A stretch of 64,000 bases of DNA from an uncultured Chloroflexia bacterium (GTDB taxonomy: Bacteria > Chloroflexota > Limnocylindria > Limnocylindrales > CSP1-4): assembly GCA_963838115.1 (NCBI GenBank), contig CAWIPU010000004.1, positions 394,153 to 458,152 on the forward strand, given 5' to 3'. Below, piece by piece: positions 62,967 to 64,000 of this stretch. The notes below the pieces were generated by a model. That model was given only the letters and a program-made list of their open reading frames with translations, was not told the origin of the DNA and did no database searches. A program made the position numbers and the translations under genes. Within the stretch, counting starts at the first letter, position 1; each line of letters starts with the position of its first letter.

Positions 62967-63872
62967 ATGAGCGCGACCCCCGACGCGACCTCCAGGGAGG
63001 CAGTCGGCGCGCCCACGGCCGTGTTGCCAGGTGACGAGAGCTGGAGGTGGCGACGTCGGCTGGCGTACACGTTGCTGATCGGCTATGCCGTCCTGATGTT
63101 CATCCCCTTCGGCTGGTCTGTGATCACGTCCTTCAAGACGCTGCCCGACTCGGTGAGGCTCACGCTCATCCCGGACCCGTTCACGCTCCAGGGTTGGCAG
63201 TACGCCTGGAACGAGATGCAGCCCCCGCTGCCCGTCCTGTTCCTCAATAGCACCGTACTGGCGGCGCTCATCACGGCCACGAACCTCGTGCTCGGCAGCA
63301 TCGCAGGCTACGCGTTCGCGCGCCTCCGGTTCCCAGGTCGCGAGCTATTGTTCCTGATCGTACTGGCGACGCTCATGATCCCGGACCAGCTGCGCCTCGT
63401 GCCCGTCTACCTCCTCATGAACGCGGCGGGCCTGACACGGGGCATGGGGCAGTATCTGGCTGTCGTGATCGTGCTGGCCATCTCCGGGACGAGCATCTTC
63501 CTCATGCGTCAGTTCTTCATCTCGATGCCGCGCGAGCTCGAAGAGGCCGCGCGCATCGATGGCGCGGGCTTCTTCACGACCTTCCGCAAGGTCATGCTAC
63601 CGCTCGCTGGACCGGCCCTGGCGGCCGTGGCCATCCTGACCTTCCAGGGCACATGGAACGGCTTCTTCTGGCCGCTCATCTTCCTCCAGGACGCCGATCA
63701 CTTCACGCTGCCCATCGGACTCAACTTCTTTCGCAACGTCGGTGGGTTCGGCAACAACTGGCCGCCGTTGATGGCGGTCGTGGTGATGGCCACCATCCCC
63801 ATCGTCGTGCTCTACATCTTCTTCCAGCGCTACTTCGTGGAGGGCATTGCCTCGAGCGGGGTGAAGGGGTGA
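62967..63872 (+). CDS. carbohydrate ABC transporter permease (MalG/UgpE-type)
   Basis: …EAARIDGAGFFTTFRKVMLPL… EAA loop. ATG at 62967, 8 nt after the upstream stop. Confidence 0.85.
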   Translation: MSATPDATSREAVGAPTAVLPGDESWRWRRRLAYTLLIGYAVLMFIPFGWSVITSFKTLPDSVRLTLIPDPFTLQGWQYAWNEMQPPLPVLFLNSTVLAALITATNLVLGSIAGYAFARLRFPGRELLFLIVLATLMIPDQLRLVPVYLLMNAAGLTRGMGQYLAVVIVLAISGTSIFLMRQFFISMPRELEEAARIDGAGFFTTFRKVMLPLAGPALAAVAILTFQGTWNGFFWPLIFLQDADHFTLPIGLNFFRNVGGFGNNWPPLMAVVVMATIPIVVLYIFFQRYFVEGIASSGVKG

Positions 63873-64000
63873 GCGCCACTCCCGTCATCGCCACCCGCCC
63901 TCCTGCGCCGCGGCTCGGCACAGCCCTTCGCGCGGCGCTCGTTGACTTCTTCGGCAACTCGTGGCGGCTGGTGGCTGCCAACCTCGCCTGGGGGTTCGGG
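63869..64000 (+). CDS. start of an unidentified gene (possibly a YesL/DUF624-like membrane protein); runs off the 3' end of the window
   Basis: The GTG start overlaps the preceding stop (GTGA); the ORF remains open to the window end (…FFGNSWRLVAANLAWGFG). Confidence 0.3.
   Translation, partial: MSATPVIATRPPAPRLGTALRAALVDFFGNSWRLVAANLAWGFG

Overview
High-GC (roughly 65-70%) bacterial chromosomal window with densely packed, mostly co-directional operons. From 5' to 3' it contains: (i) two convergent peptide/nickel-type ABC importers, with a UPF0261 gene at the tail of the first; (ii) a complete split-subunit glycine-cleavage operon (NUDIX-gcvT-gcvH-gcvPA-gcvPB) running without a break into the second importer; (iii) a DUF2520 Rossmann gene and aconitase A; (iv) a divergent accessory cassette (NeuD/PglD-like acyltransferase plus adenylate-forming ligase on one strand, NadE-like plus AsnB-like amidotransferases plus a small carrier protein plus a VOC/epimerase on the other); (v) a block of exported/envelope proteins (PQQ sugar dehydrogenase, META, DUF305, SDR, Zn-peptidase, PRC-barrel); (vi) two tandem dynamin-like GTPases; (vii) tRNA-Val(CAC); (viii) yggU-yggT-yggS; and (ix) a dcw cell-division/cell-wall cluster (mraZ-rsmH-ftsL-ftsI-murF-mraY-murD-ftsW-murG-murB-ddl-ftsQ-ftsA-ftsZ) that lacks murE and murC. 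It ends with a glycogen-debranching enzyme gene, a DHFR-family gene remnant and a sugar ABC importer. No CRISPR arrays, integrases or transposases were seen. The most notable signals are the carrier-protein/amidotransferase cassette, the fusion of the glycine-cleavage operon with a peptide importer, and at least six reading frames that are broken or run past their expected ends (dppD, ligase, carrier protein, DHFR remnant, acnA and ftsW 3' ends). These are either assembly indels or real gene decay.
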